Assembly: GCF_001194135.2 (NCBI RefSeq)
Contig: NC_069000.1
Span: 1,624,405 to 1,688,404 of the forward strand
Origin: Octopus bimaculoides
Lineage: Eukaryota
Length of the DNA stretch: 64,000 bases
Reading direction: 5' to 3'
Part shown: in pieces, positions 63,902 to 64,000 of the stretch
How positions within the stretch are numbered: the first letter of the stretch is position 1
Layout: each line of letters begins with the position of its first letter
The notes under the pieces: model-generated
Database searches by the model: none
Seen by the model: only the letters and a program-made list of their open reading frames with translations
Told to the model about the DNA's origin: nothing
Position numbers and translations under genes: made by a program

Positions 63902-63999
63902 GCCGGGCAGGTCGTGTCTCCAATGGTCGTGTGTATCGTCTCATCACACGGTCGTTTTGGTACAACCATATTCCAGATTACAACACACCAGAAATGCAA
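63902..63999 (+). CDS. TDRD9: TDRD9 exon 14 (GRAGRVSNGRVYRLITRSFWYNHIPDYNTPEMQ), runs to the window edge
   Basis: Motif VI QRKG|RAGRV; ctgtag| acceptor. The last base (64000, g) may be the first base of the next donor. Confidence 0.93.
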
Positions 64000-64000
64000 G

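Overview
AT-rich, microsatellite- and SINE-dense eukaryotic DNA with 10 N-gaps. The repeat families and intron style suggest an Octopus genome (inference from recalled repeat sequences, no search run). Two genes lie head-to-head about 5.3 kb apart. SNRK (AMPK-family kinase, minus strand) has its first coding exon at 48972-48378. No further SNRK exon was found, so its first coding intron appears to run at least 48 kb to the left edge. TDRD9/spindle-E (piRNA-pathway DExH helicase, plus strand) has 14 reconstructable, phase-consistent exons from 54291 to the right edge (about 535 codons, helicase motifs I-VI). The SNRK intron holds several tRNA-derived SINE families, piggyBac-, Tigger- and hAT-type MITEs, three young fold-back inverted duplications and a local direct duplication. 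The most interesting signal is a short element joining a tRNA-like head to a minimal, Penelope-type hammerhead ribozyme motif (17037-17290, sense to the SNRK pre-mRNA; a second copy forms a 76-bp hairpin at 11707-11901). Most small ORFs in the supplied track are microsatellite or gap artefacts.
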